This document shows positions 1-10,200 of a stretch of 64,000 bases of DNA, in pieces. Origin of the DNA: a bacterium (lineage in GTDB: Bacteria > Patescibacteriota > Patescibacteriia > HK-STAS-PATE-3). The stretch lies in assembly GCA_043800725.1 (NCBI GenBank), contig JAZDMR010000034.1, forward strand, positions 4,374 to 68,373, given 5' to 3'. The position numbers and the translations under genes were made by a program. The notes below the pieces were generated by a model, which made no database searches, was not told the origin of the DNA, and saw only the letters and a list, made by a program, of their open reading frames with translations. Position 1 is the first letter of the stretch; the number at the start of each line of letters is the position of its first letter.

Positions 1-632
1 GAGACCATCTTGGAAACCGGAGCTTGCCTAATCACTTCCTCCATGCCCGGCTCGGTAATATCCAAGGGCTGCCCCTCAGTCGAGGCGCCTAAATCAGTTT
101 CCGTGTCTTTCAGAGCCTCTTCAACCTCAGCCGATAAGCTTTCGTACTGCCGCAAGATGTATTTAATGCCCGATTCGGAAGCAATATGGTATTTGATTTT
201 CACATTATTTTTTCGAGCAATAAATTCGATCGCTTCTAAGGCCTTGAAGTCAGACGGATTAACCATGGCGACGCTTAGCTCGTCGGCTGATTTCTGAAAA
301 GACACCATGCGATAATTCTGAGCCAGCTCCTGAGGAATAATATTCAGTATTTCAGCTCTGACAATCCGGCCAAACAAGTCCATATAAGGGATGTTATAAA
401 GCTTGCCTTTGGCTTTGACAATATCCTCTTCCCGGATAGTATGAGAATTCAATAAAACAGCCTGCAATGGCTGATGGGCTGCCTTGGCTTTGGCAATTAA
501 TTCATCCAAATCTGCCTGAGTAACGATTTTTTCTTGAATTAGGGTATCAAGCAGCTCCTGAGGCATGCCCAAAACATCAACTGAAGCTGACTGGATAGCG
601 GCAGATGAATGGGCTGGTTTTGCCGGGCTCAC
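1..632 (-). CDS. pilB: Type IV pilus assembly ATPase PilB/GspE, N-terminal (GspII_E_N-like) part. The gene runs off the left edge, so only the N-terminal ~210 aa are present.
   Basis: The minus-strand translation from GTG at 632 (rc of 630-632) reads VSPAKPAHSSAAIQSASVDVLGMPQELLDTLIQEKIVTQADLDELIAKAKAAHQPLQAVLLNSHTIREEDIVKAKGKLYNIPYMDLFGRIVRAEILNIIPQELAQNYRMVSFQKSADELSVAMVNPSD..., the typical N-terminal domain of PilB/GspE secretion ATPases. A GAGGAG Shine-Dalgarno lies 8 nt upstream of the GTG. The GTG overlaps the TGA stop of the upstream ORF (GTGA), and an alternative ATG sits at 566. No stop codon occurs before position 1. The gene follows pilMNO. Confidence 0.6.
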   Translation of the reverse strand, partial: MSPAKPAHSSAAIQSASVDVLGMPQELLDTLIQEKIVTQADLDELIAKAKAAHQPLQAVLLNSHTIREEDIVKAKGKLYNIPYMDLFGRIVRAEILNIIPQELAQNYRMVSFQKSADELSVAMVNPSDFKALEAIEFIARKNNVKIKYHIASESGIKYILRQYESLSAEVEEALKDTETDLGASTEGQPLDITEPGMEEVIRQAPVSKMV

Positions 633-922
633 GGGATTATCTCCTCAAACGGGTTATCTCTGCCTGCATTCCCGATATTCACCGGCAGGTCGCCATAAGG
701 CTGAAGAGAACGATAGCGAGGGTCGTCAAAAAGATCATCGCCAAAATCCTTGATTATAAGCAAATCTCGACGAATAACCGAATCCTCAGTCGTAGTAGAC
801 GTGGTCGAGCTTGGCACCGCAATCCATAAGAAATAAAAGAGACCGCCGCCCACAACTATTATTACCAAGGCGATTATTAAAATAAGCGTGCGCTGACTGT
901 TGCTTTTTTGGACTAAGGCCAT
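629..922 (-). CDS. Small membrane-anchored protein (97 aa) in the pilus operon, PilP-position. Its C-terminus carries the NIGNAGRDNPF motif shared with the giant-protein family.
   Basis: N-terminal hydrophobic helix (LILIIALVIIVVGGGLFYFLWIAV). It sits between pilO and pilB and is translationally coupled to pilB. Its IGNAGRD motif matches 'EIGNAGRDI/LGNAGRDI' in ORFs 13302..16826 and 10790..11611. Confidence 0.5.
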   Translation of the reverse strand: MALVQKSNSQRTLILIIALVIIVVGGGLFYFLWIAVPSSTTSTTTEDSVIRRDLLIIKDFGDDLFDDPRYRSLQPYGDLPVNIGNAGRDNPFEEIIP

Positions 923-925
923 GCT

Positions 926-1606
926 TTATGTTTCCTCCTCAAAATAGAAAGTCCTCATGTTTATGGTGTATGTTTCTTTCTGCTCAGTTAGCTCTCCCGG
1001 ATTCCTGCTAAGAGCCTGGGCCGGATTGAAATTTAACGACTGAACATTGAATATCCGCAAGCTATTTTCGATATTGGTTAAAAATTCCTTAAAATGCTCA
1101 TAGGAGCGCCCTCCGCTCACTGAGATAGAAATATCAAATGATTTAAGTCCGGTATTGAGCAATAACGTATTCTGGCCCGCGGAGGTCGAGCCGGTATTTA
1201 CGCTCTGCTGGGAAGACGCGGCGCCCGGCTGACTCAGGCTGGCCGGAGCAATGGCAATGCTGTTCAGCTGCAAATCACTCTGCTCGACCAAATCATCAAC
1301 AATCACAAACAAATCGGCAATGTCGGACTTTTTGGGCAGTACCTGATCAAGCTCCTCCAAACTTCGCTTATTCAGGTCATCGTATCTATCCAGCATCTCC
1401 TCCACGCGGGTCAAATATTCTCCTCGATCCTCTAATAATTTCTGCTCGGTATTACGGTCGGATAAACCTAATTGCCGAATTTCATTTAACTCCGGTCCGA
1501 TTATAATAACATAACCAACAACCAAAATAATTACCGCCACCGCGATCAGAATGTAGCGGAACTGTTCGAAAATCAGCTTTTTAAAAGATATGCCAAACAG
1601 TTTCAT
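926..1606 (-). CDS. pilO: Type IV pilus assembly protein PilO-like (226 aa).
   Basis: Single N-terminal TM segment, then a coiled-coil region (EQKLLEDRGEYLTRVEEMLDRYDDLNKRSLEELDQ) and a periplasmic domain. Its start overlaps the pilN stop in an ATGA junction. It sits directly downstream of the PilM/PilN genes. Confidence 0.55.
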   Translation of the reverse strand: MKLFGISFKKLIFEQFRYILIAVAVIILVVGYVIIIGPELNEIRQLGLSDRNTEQKLLEDRGEYLTRVEEMLDRYDDLNKRSLEELDQVLPKKSDIADLFVIVDDLVEQSDLQLNSIAIAPASLSQPGAASSQQSVNTGSTSAGQNTLLLNTGLKSFDISISVSGGRSYEHFKEFLTNIENSLRIFNVQSLNFNPAQALSRNPGELTEQKETYTINMRTFYFEEET

Positions 1607-2943
1607 GGATTTGGATTAGTATTGGTAACTGTTGAGGAATTCGTGTTGGGATTTGATTGATTGGTGTTTAATACGGAAGAATTGGTGTTTAGATTGCCGG
1701 ACCTATTCGCGTTTGTCGACGCGTTGGTATTTAAGTTAGTTGAACTGTTCGTGTTGCTGCCGGTATTCTGGGGGAAGGTAAGATTGTATATTTCCGGTTC
1801 AAACCTTCCTCTGGGATAGCTTGCTTCGTCATAATAATAGATGTCCGGCACCAGAGTAGCGCTAATTGTAAAAGCTACTTGCCGGGCTACCACGCTGCCC
1901 GGCGGCAAATTCACATCAGTAACATCGGAGGCGGTCGCCGAATTGATCGAAACATTTGTAACAAAATCATCCGCTTGTTCCAAAAGCAGCAGCTGTCGGG
2001 CCGGCGAGGTAAAAGACCCTCCTAGAGCCGACAAGGTTATTTGTCCGCTCAAGCTACCGCTGAAAGCTCCGGTATAATAAACATCGTCAATAGTATAATC
2101 CTCCAGCTTACTAAAGAACTTTGTCCAATAAATATGCTGGTCAAGCAGCCCGGTAATAATTTGCAGCCTGGAATTTACGGCAATTGCCTCCTTTTGCTTG
2201 GGTTTAAGGTTTTGGATCTGGTCTTCGATGCCGGATCGCTCAGTCCTAAGATTCTGGATATCCTCGATTATCGAGGTGCGATAAATTGTCAGCAGCGCAT
2301 AAGCCCCGCCGATAACAAATATTGTGGCAAATAAAGTGATCCCCAGGCTGATTAATTTTGACTTCGGGTTAATTGATTGCTTGAAATCCGTAGGCAGAAG
2401 ATTTACTAGGAAGGACCGGTCAGTAGGCTTATCCGACTTTGCGGGCTTGGAAGTCAACGGCGGCAGGGGCGGAGTATCTTTTTTCTCCAGTTTAGGCTCT
2501 GGTGATTTTTTCGGCTTATTAATTGAAAAATCAGGTATCGCAGGCGGGGCCTGTTTTGTTAATTTAGGCTTGGATGGTTCTTTTCCTAGCATTGGCGTAT
2601 CAGACATATGAGGCAGGGGCGGGGTATTATCGGGATAAAGCTTTTGTTTATCAAGGCCAGCGAAAATATCTTCTGGATTTGGGGATTTATTCTGTTCAAA
2701 TTTAGGAATAGGCGGAGGTTTTATCGATTTGGGTTTTTGTTCTATCTCTTTTTCAATTTCATCTATCTTCTTTTTGCCACGTAAAGATTTCAGCCATACG
2801 GCAAAGCGCGAGGGTAGTTTTGGCTCTTTTGGGGCGGGTTCAACCTTTTTCGGGTCAGTTAACTTTGGAGCTAAAGGCTCACCGGCCTTTTTGTCCGTCT
2901 TTTCATCATTTTTCGTGTCTTTTAATAGATTTATATCAACCAT
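1603..2943 (-). CDS. pilN: Type IV pilus assembly protein PilN-like (446 aa) with a ~180-aa Lys/Pro/Glu-rich N-terminal extension and an Asn/Thr-rich C-terminal tail.
   Basis: TM segment (LISLGITLFATIFVIGGAYALLTIY) followed by a PilN-like periplasmic region (IEDIQNLRTERSGIEDQIQNLKPKQKEAIAVNSRLQIITGLLDQHIYWTKFF). It lies immediately downstream of pilM. The N-terminal 180 aa and the C-terminal NTN-repeat tail are low complexity. Confidence 0.55.
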   Translation of the reverse strand: MVDINLLKDTKNDEKTDKKAGEPLAPKLTDPKKVEPAPKEPKLPSRFAVWLKSLRGKKKIDEIEKEIEQKPKSIKPPPIPKFEQNKSPNPEDIFAGLDKQKLYPDNTPPLPHMSDTPMLGKEPSKPKLTKQAPPAIPDFSINKPKKSPEPKLEKKDTPPLPPLTSKPAKSDKPTDRSFLVNLLPTDFKQSINPKSKLISLGITLFATIFVIGGAYALLTIYRTSIIEDIQNLRTERSGIEDQIQNLKPKQKEAIAVNSRLQIITGLLDQHIYWTKFFSKLEDYTIDDVYYTGAFSGSLSGQITLSALGGSFTSPARQLLLLEQADDFVTNVSINSATASDVTDVNLPPGSVVARQVAFTISATLVPDIYYYDEASYPRGRFEPEIYNLTFPQNTGSNTNSSTNLNTNASTNANRSGNLNTNSSVLNTNQSNPNTNSSTVTNTNPNP

Positions 2944-2948
2944 GGGTG

Positions 2949-4046
2949 TTATACGATTTCTCTCATGGCCAGGCCGATGGCAACTGAAAACCTCGGGCCC
3001 AACTCATCTAAAACCGGCTTTAATTCAACCGGATAAATTACTCGTGACCAGGGATCGCCAATAAAGCTCTTAAGTTGCACGGTTTTTTCCAAATAATCTG
3101 ACAAGTTAGGTAAAAAAGCAGAGCCTCCGGATAATATGATTTTTTCAATGGGACGTTCTCCCTGGCTTTGGTAAAGCGATAGTATGTAGCGTATTTCATT
3201 TACTATGTTATTCATAACAAACTCAATTACTTTGGGTATCTGGCTGGTGCCGGCCTCGGTCAATACTCCGAAATCGCGCTTAATCTGCTCGGCTCTTTCC
3301 AAGTCGATATTCAGTCCATTGGCAATCGACTTCGTAATAGTGTCCCCTCCTACGTCAATGCTTCGATTAAGAAAAGGGAAACCATCCAAAATAACGCTGA
3401 TCTCGGTGGCGATTGCGCCGATATCAATAATCATAACAGCCGATTGGTCATTGCCTAATAAAGAACGCACTACGGCAAAAGATTCTGTCTCAAGGCTGAC
3501 AATTTCCAGCTCCGCCAGTTTGAATATATCAATATATCTTTTTACCAGATTCTTCGGAGCCGCCGTGATTAGAATCTTCAAGTTTTTCGGGCCTTGAATA
3601 TCACTTTCAATTTTGGGCTTTTTAAACTTTTTTTCTTTCTTTTCATTTTCAATTTCCGAGGGATCACGCAGAACTCGCCAATCCAAGACCATTTCATCAA
3701 TCGACATAGGGACGATTTTTTTTGCCTCCCAGCGGACCGCTGAATAAAGATCCTTTTTGGGCATGACCGGCAGGCTCAAAATCGAATTAAACACAGCAAA
3801 ACTAGGCAAAGCGGAAATGATTTTTTTGCTAGAAACCTTGGCTTTCTTCAGTACAGACTTGATATTCACTACCATCTGTTGAAGCGCCTCATCCGAATCA
3901 CTTTTTATTATCTCCGTCGGCTGTTCAATAAAACCGTAAGTTACTAATTTAGGCCGTCCGCCTTCATCAAACAACTCAACTGCCTTAATACTGGACGTGC
4001 CAATATCAATTCCCACATAACTCTGTTTTTTATTAAATAAAGGCAT
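2949..4046 (-). CDS. pilM: Type IV pilus assembly protein PilM (actin-like ATPase, 365 aa).
   Basis: N-terminus KQSYVGIDIGTSSIKAVEL (actin/FtsA-fold phosphate-1 motif), with further actin-fold motifs (MIIDIGAIATEISV, ILSGGSAFLPNLSDYL). It is the first gene of the pilMNO unit. Confidence 0.8.
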   Translation of the reverse strand: MPLFNKKQSYVGIDIGTSSIKAVELFDEGGRPKLVTYGFIEQPTEIIKSDSDEALQQMVVNIKSVLKKAKVSSKKIISALPSFAVFNSILSLPVMPKKDLYSAVRWEAKKIVPMSIDEMVLDWRVLRDPSEIENEKKEKKFKKPKIESDIQGPKNLKILITAAPKNLVKRYIDIFKLAELEIVSLETESFAVVRSLLGNDQSAVMIIDIGAIATEISVILDGFPFLNRSIDVGGDTITKSIANGLNIDLERAEQIKRDFGVLTEAGTSQIPKVIEFVMNNIVNEIRYILSLYQSQGERPIEKIILSGGSAFLPNLSDYLEKTVQLKSFIGDPWSRVIYPVELKPVLDELGPRFSVAIGLAMREIV

Positions 4047-4100
4047 CCCCTGATTATCTTCCTAATTTCTAATTTATTAAACTTGTAAAATTTCAAAAGA

Positions 4101-4129
4101 ATTATAGCACTTTTTTAAATAATTGGCAA
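4101..4129 (-). promoter_or_regulatory. Sigma70-type promoter for the pilM operon.
   Basis: On the minus strand there is a TTGCCA -35 element (rc of 4124-4129), an exact 17-nt spacer, and a TATAAT -10 element (rc of 4101-4106). An AGGAAG Shine-Dalgarno follows ~11 nt before the pilM ATG. Confidence 0.5.
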
Positions 4130-4134
4130 ACATT

Positions 4135-7100
4135 TTAAAAGGGTATTTCCTCCCTTATCCTGGGCAGGACTTGGGCGAAATCGCTAAATCCGGGGGGCGG
4201 ATTGGCAATTACCCTTCCGTCATAGGTTATTTCTTCGGCGGGCAACGGATCAGTCAAGGTGCCTCGGAAAGTTCTGCCAAATTTATACGAAGGCGAAATC
4301 ATTAAGCCCTGAGCTTGAAATGCCTTTTCATCAAGCGAATTCTCAATTTCAATTCCGTTAGTTTTATTAGTATATCCCGGGTCGCCAAAGGCAATATATG
4401 AACCGACAATCGTGCGCACGTTGCCGGTTATTATAATCGACCCTTTGACAATTATTCCCAAAGAAGCCAGATCGCGGATTTTATCAAAATTTTCCGCTTG
4501 ATAGACAATATTAACGTCAATCGTTAAATCACCCTGGACCACGATTGTGCCTGCCCCGGAAACAGAATTAGGATTGGTAATATCGCGATTATTAATTTTC
4601 CATTCAGTAATATAGCCTTCTCCTGAATCACACCGGCCAATAGTAAAATCATTATTGATATTATAAACAGTATTATCCAAATTAACTCCTATCGCGCATA
4701 AACCCAGCTCTGTTAAATTTTTATCATCACTATTTACTATTTTATTGCCATACTTATTTTTTCCATCGCCGATATCAGTAATTGTCCCATTCAAATCAAT
4801 ACTGCCTAACACATTGGTATAATTGTTTGACTCACTTGGGAAATAGATTGATTCATAGCCTTGCTGGAAATAAGGGCGATCCATATAACCCGTTTCCACT
4901 TCACCAAAACCCTGTCCATAAAGAGTGCAATAATTAGAAATAGTGCCTGCCGCACTGATCACATAAGTAGCGTTGCACTTGTCAGACGGCGCTGAAGGCG
5001 TGTTGGCGCTGCCGATGTCTGCCCGTGCATAAATATCCCCAAACTTGGTCTGGAGCCAGGCCTGGCTGTAATAATTAGTCCTGGAAAAATCAACCCAGCC
5101 CAATTCGCCTTCTTGCTCAGCGCTGTTTCCGCTCCAGCCAAAGCCGGTTACTTTTCCGGTAGCATCATCAATTGACACTCCATAAGAATCGCATGACGCG
5201 CAAGTATCGCAGAATATTGTGCCAAGACAGACCCCGCCATAAGCACTACACGCCATATCACCGTCAGATGCGCACTCCACCGTATGGTTTCCCTTACATC
5301 GACGGGTACATGATCCGCCGTCAGTCGAACACATATTGCATGATATTTTTGTTTCATCCGCACTATCGTAAACATCAGCTGTTGTATTACAAATTTTACA
5401 AACCTCTACTGTGCATGTTCCAGCTTCCGCATCTTCACATTCATTGCCGGAACACTGGATTGAGGTGTCTCCAGAGCAAAATGTGGCGCAGTTTTTACAC
5501 TCTCCAAATGGTGCAATCACGGCTGGGTTCGCGGTTACGTCCTCACCTCTTAATTTGATCCAGCCGCCGTCGTTTGCGTCTTGTTTTAACGATAATAATC
5601 TGCCCCAGCCCACAACTTTTCCCGTACTCGGATCAAACTTTGCTATATAATTCTGATTACCGTCATTAAAGGGCTGAGCAGGCGGAACGCCGGATTCTTC
5701 CTCAAATAATCCAACTGGCGCATATTTGTTAAAAGACAACCAGCCGGTTGACTGGCAAATATTGATGTTTTCAGAGCAGCGGCAATCCGTATCCTCATCA
5801 CATTCTACTAAATCATTTGAATCACATACTCCTTCTTCTTCACCTGCGGGTATATTGCAATCATCTTTAATATAGGCGTTGGGATCAGCATCACCCAGCC
5901 ATATATATCCGGCGATCGCTCCCTGATTGGCGCCGCTTCTTCTAATATTAACGCCATAAGTAAAGCCGGCGCTTTCGCAGTAATCCTGGTTGGCGCAGCT
6001 GCCGCTGCCCCAGCCAATAGAATCCCTGCTGTTATTGTTCGTGCTAGCACCCAGCCAAAGCCAGCCGAAAATATTGCCGGGAGTGCTGGTAATAATATTG
6101 GATTTTTGGCCAACCGCCCGCACCTCGGTTAAACTGGCCGCTGACACGCCATTTAAGTGTTCTCCATCATTATTGGAGTCTTGGCGCTCCCAGATATGGC
6201 CATTGAATTGGAATATGGCGCCGTTTTGTGAATCATTATCAATATTCCCTACAGCATAGGCATTATATAAATCCAGCGCCGGGTTATAAAAAGCGCTAAC
6301 ATCATTTATTTGGATATTTGCCACGGTTGTATGCTGAAGTTCCCAGAAACCCCTATCACTATCATAATCGTAAATTTGCCCCTTTCCTCCTGGAGTATAT
6401 GCTGACGCCCAAGCAAGATAGCGCGTCTCGCTTACTTTTATCGCCTCAATTCCGGTGAAAGACACATTACCTATTTCATAATCCAAGATCCAGGTATTAC
6501 CATTAATATCGCTATTCCGATAGATTTTCCCCTGATCAGTCACGGCCCAGACATGAGTTGGGTCAACTGCTTCAATGCCAAATACTCCTCCTGTCACATT
6601 CGCAGATGAGGAAAACATTAACTTTTCGTTTATTCCGGACAGCTTTCCATGACGAATTTTGCCATCGTTTTCACCTACAAAAACAACAATTTCAGAAGCA
6701 TCGTCTACCGCAGCAACTGCGGTAAGGTTGGCTCCCATAAAAATATCTTTATCAGGACAAGGCGCGACTGGATCGCAAATAATGCTGCTATTGCGCCAGT
6801 ACCAAATTCTGCCATTATTGCCCACGGCCCAAACCAAATATTGTGCTCCTGATTCATAATAAATTGCATCGACATCATTTAATGTCTCAGGATTTGCGCT
6901 CAAGGCATCATCATCGAATACTTCCCAAAAAGACCCATTATAAAACATCACAGTATCTCGGACTGGCTCTTCTGGCCCCTTATATAGCTGATCACCCACT
7001 ATCCAGCCCAAATATTTCCCATCACTGGGATTCTGAACAAACTTTACCGCGTTAAAGTTTGTCTTAACATCCTGATAAATCTTGGGCGCCTTTTGAACCT

Positions 7101-7215
7101 CCCATTCCAGTCCGGCTTGGGACTGATGAGCCAATAATATGCCGAAACCAGCCAAAATCACGGCGCTTAGCCCGCTGATGAAAATTAGCCTTTTTCTTTT
7201 TAAAGCGTAGGACAT
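4135..7215 (-). CDS. Giant secreted protein (1026 aa): N-terminal signal peptide, beta-propeller-like repeats, and a very Cys-rich central region.
   Basis: Signal-peptide-like N-terminus (MSYALKRKRLIFISGLSAVILAGFGILLAHQSQAG). Blade-like repeats (GNNGRIWYW, GENDGKIRHGK, DQGKIYRNSD). A Cys-dense segment (CDSNDLVECDEDTDCRCSENINIC ... CKNCATFCSGDTSIQCSGNECEDAEAGTCTVEVCKICNTT...). It is separated by 2 nt from the upstream gene. Confidence 0.7.
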   Translation of the reverse strand: MSYALKRKRLIFISGLSAVILAGFGILLAHQSQAGLEWEVQKAPKIYQDVKTNFNAVKFVQNPSDGKYLGWIVGDQLYKGPEEPVRDTVMFYNGSFWEVFDDDALSANPETLNDVDAIYYESGAQYLVWAVGNNGRIWYWRNSSIICDPVAPCPDKDIFMGANLTAVAAVDDASEIVVFVGENDGKIRHGKLSGINEKLMFSSSANVTGGVFGIEAVDPTHVWAVTDQGKIYRNSDINGNTWILDYEIGNVSFTGIEAIKVSETRYLAWASAYTPGGKGQIYDYDSDRGFWELQHTTVANIQINDVSAFYNPALDLYNAYAVGNIDNDSQNGAIFQFNGHIWERQDSNNDGEHLNGVSAASLTEVRAVGQKSNIITSTPGNIFGWLWLGASTNNNSRDSIGWGSGSCANQDYCESAGFTYGVNIRRSGANQGAIAGYIWLGDADPNAYIKDDCNIPAGEEEGVCDSNDLVECDEDTDCRCSENINICQSTGWLSFNKYAPVGLFEEESGVPPAQPFNDGNQNYIAKFDPSTGKVVGWGRLLSLKQDANDGGWIKLRGEDVTANPAVIAPFGECKNCATFCSGDTSIQCSGNECEDAEAGTCTVEVCKICNTTADVYDSADETKISCNMCSTDGGSCTRRCKGNHTVECASDGDMACSAYGGVCLGTIFCDTCASCDSYGVSIDDATGKVTGFGWSGNSAEQEGELGWVDFSRTNYYSQAWLQTKFGDIYARADIGSANTPSAPSDKCNATYVISAAGTISNYCTLYGQGFGEVETGYMDRPYFQQGYESIYFPSESNNYTNVLGSIDLNGTITDIGDGKNKYGNKIVNSDDKNLTELGLCAIGVNLDNTVYNINNDFTIGRCDSGEGYITEWKINNRDITNPNSVSGAGTIVVQGDLTIDVNIVYQAENFDKIRDLASLGIIVKGSIIITGNVRTIVGSYIAFGDPGYTNKTNGIEIENSLDEKAFQAQGLMISPSYKFGRTFRGTLTDPLPAEEITYDGRVIANPPPGFSDFAQVLPRIREEIPF

Positions 7216-7217
7216 GG

Positions 7218-10200
7218 TTATAGTTTACAGCAACGGTAAAAAGTCGGGTGTCTGGTGCTTGAATTTCTTCGGAGGCCATTTAGGAATTGTCCGGCCGGAC
7301 AGACAGAACCATCCGCGACACTTACCCAATTGCATTGTTCAGTAACATTCTGATCAGCGATCACGTCTTCGGTAACCTGCACCTCACCGGTAAAGTCGGC
7401 AGATATTGCGTTGGTGGCAAAGCAGTACATTTCCGCGCCCACGGGCTGAGGCAAGCTTGAATCATAAAATGCCTGGTCAATACAGCTTAATCCTGAGTTA
7501 TCAATATGGTGACCGATTGACATTGCTTCTGATCGCGAATCCTGGATATCTGCTCCTCCCGCAGCTAATAGCAAATTGCCCTGTCCATCAATCGCCTGAA
7601 TCTTGCATTCGTCAACATTCGGACCGGTCTCAAAACAATAACTTGCGTAAACCACATCCCCTGCCCCTTTAAAAATCCGATAATCAATATTGCCCACATC
7701 ATCGGCGATTTCCAGATCGCTTGCCCATTTCTTGCTCCCATCTGCGGTATTTATCCTGTTCATAAGCAACCTACCGTCGCTTTCTCTGCGCCAAACAGCC
7801 GTCAGTTCACTATCATCGCTGACCAGCAACTGATGATTGATATCTGATGAATTAACGCTTTTACCAGGACCGAGATTAAGTCCGCCGGCCCAGGGCTGGG
7901 AGCCATCACTGACATTGAGCTTAAAAATCCATAGATCATTATTGGGGAATTGAGCTCTGGCATAGACCGCATTGTTATAATAAATCAAGCCTGCGCCGTT
8001 TAAAGTACTGCCGGTAACGTCCACGGTCCAATCTGCTGTTCCATTATTAAGAATATGGCGAGCTCTTAGGGTGCTGACTCCCGAGGTGTATATGATTACC
8101 AGCCCGCCCTGGCCATCTTCAGTCATGCCCTGTAAAACAGTGCCTGGTTCGGATGCCAGCTCCTTGGCGGTATTTGAACCGACAGTGCAACCTAAATCAG
8201 TGGACCACATCCGAGCGCCGTCGTCTTTATTTATTTTCATGCCGCAAATCTTGCCGCCATTATAAAAAGCAAATAATAAATTGTTAGCATTGGCAGATAG
8301 GCTCATATATTGGCCCGAATCAGCTTGGGATACGCCATAAGCGCTGTTTACGGCAGTATCCCAAATTGTGTTACCACTTGCGTCTACTCTGGCCATAAAA
8401 TGCTCGCGACCAATGCCCGGGCAATTGCTGGCCCAGCCCACATATGCCCCGTCGCCGCCATCCGAAATAAAACCAATATCATGGCCTGGCTGGCCGCAAC
8501 GATCCAGCGATGGGTCAAGAGCATTGCCCTCAGCCATGGTTCCGTCATCATCAACTGAAAACACTCTTGCCTGATTATCGGGATTAGTTCGTATGTAAGC
8601 GTACAGCCGGCTGGTTACAGTATTTTGAACCGGCCCTTGCCCGAACGGACCGGCAAAGACGCTGACTTCTGAAGTAAACGGCGAAGGCGACCACTCAGGA
8701 GTAAAATCATAATTTGAGGAATCCGTGTTTCTGGCAATCAAGGTAGGGTTGTCCGCAGAATTATTGACCGCCGTAACAGCCTGTCCGGCTATTGGATTGG
8801 TGAAATAGCCCGCGTAACAATTTTTTAACAAGCCGCAAGAAATCACCTCTCCGTAAATTCCGCTGCCGCCTGAATTAAAAGCCGCTCCGGCAAAACGACC
8901 GGCAATCCCCGCTCCAATCCAGGGTGAACCGTTTAAGCCCAGTCCGGTCGCTTCCAAGGTCGGCTTGCCGTCAATGCCTCCGGATAAATGCAGCCTTTGG
9001 CGATCAGTCGCTGCTATGCCCTGCAGGAATGAACCTGCTTCCGAAGTGTTTGGCCTAACATATATTGACCCTGAAGACAGCCAATCAATATTTATTTCGG
9101 TCTCAAAAGGATCATCAACTAATTTGCCAATTTCCAAAGAATCTGAATTTGTCACTCTGATGGTGCCATCGTAGATGGTTAATTTTTGCGGATCTGGGGA
9201 GCCAGTAGGATTAACCGTCCACTGGGCACCCGCGTTATTAGTCTGATTCAGCTCGTTAACGCAAGTAGCCGTCAGGGTCCATTGACCTTCTTTATCAATC
9301 ACTCCCGGATATTTCAAGCGAAAGGTTGAACCGGCCGAATTGGAAAAAGACACATTATTATAAATTACACTTGTTGGAGAGGCTAGGGTAAATCGCACAT
9401 CTTTTGTTGATACTGTGCCGGTATTGCAGGTGGTTTGAACGTGGGTAATCAAACCGCCGAATTGGGCATTTATACAGCTGCTGTAATTTAAACCTCCATC
9501 AATGCTGCAAGTCGGACTAGTAACAGTAATCGTCTCATCTGGGGGCAGGCCGGAGTTACCTGCTATCACCAAGACTTTTCCGGGATTTGCTACATCGATA
9601 TTCTGCATTTCCACATAAAGCAAACCATTATAAACCCCCAGCAGGCCTGATGCGTTTGCGGGCAGATCGCTGTTGAAAACCAGGCTGCCGTCTGTGGCGC
9701 TTAAAGCTTTTAATGACGTTCCGTTAATAAATAAATAAACAATTCCATTATCTGACACAATTAATTCAAGCCCTTTTTCAAGCGGGCCAAGGCTGCCGCT
9801 ATCCCAGGCTTCCGATCCATTATTGGCATTGAAAAAGATATATCTGGCCTGCCCGGCTGTTGATTCAAATGTATAGTACAATTTTCCATTCCAATAAGCG
9901 CCGTCCCATACTATTCCGTCATAATCTCCGGCTAATTCATGGTGCCAGTTTTTCACACCATTACTGGCATTATAAGAATTTATCCCGCAGACATTTCCAT
10001 AAACAGCGCCGCTATTATAAATTGGGCTATTATTATTGCTATCACCAGCTCCGCAATTTTCCTCAACAGTCCTCCAAATTAATAAGCCATTATCAGCCTC
10101 AAGAGCCACCATACCATGTACACCACCGTCATGATACTTTACAAATAATTTACTTTCACCGTACGCCGGGGTGGCGATTAACTGGGTATCATCACCTGCC

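Noticed and set aside
10-829. Plus-strand ORFs 10..297, 565..753 and 605..829.
   Set aside because: They lie antisense to the much better supported pilB N-domain and ORF97 on the minus strand and show no recognisable protein features.
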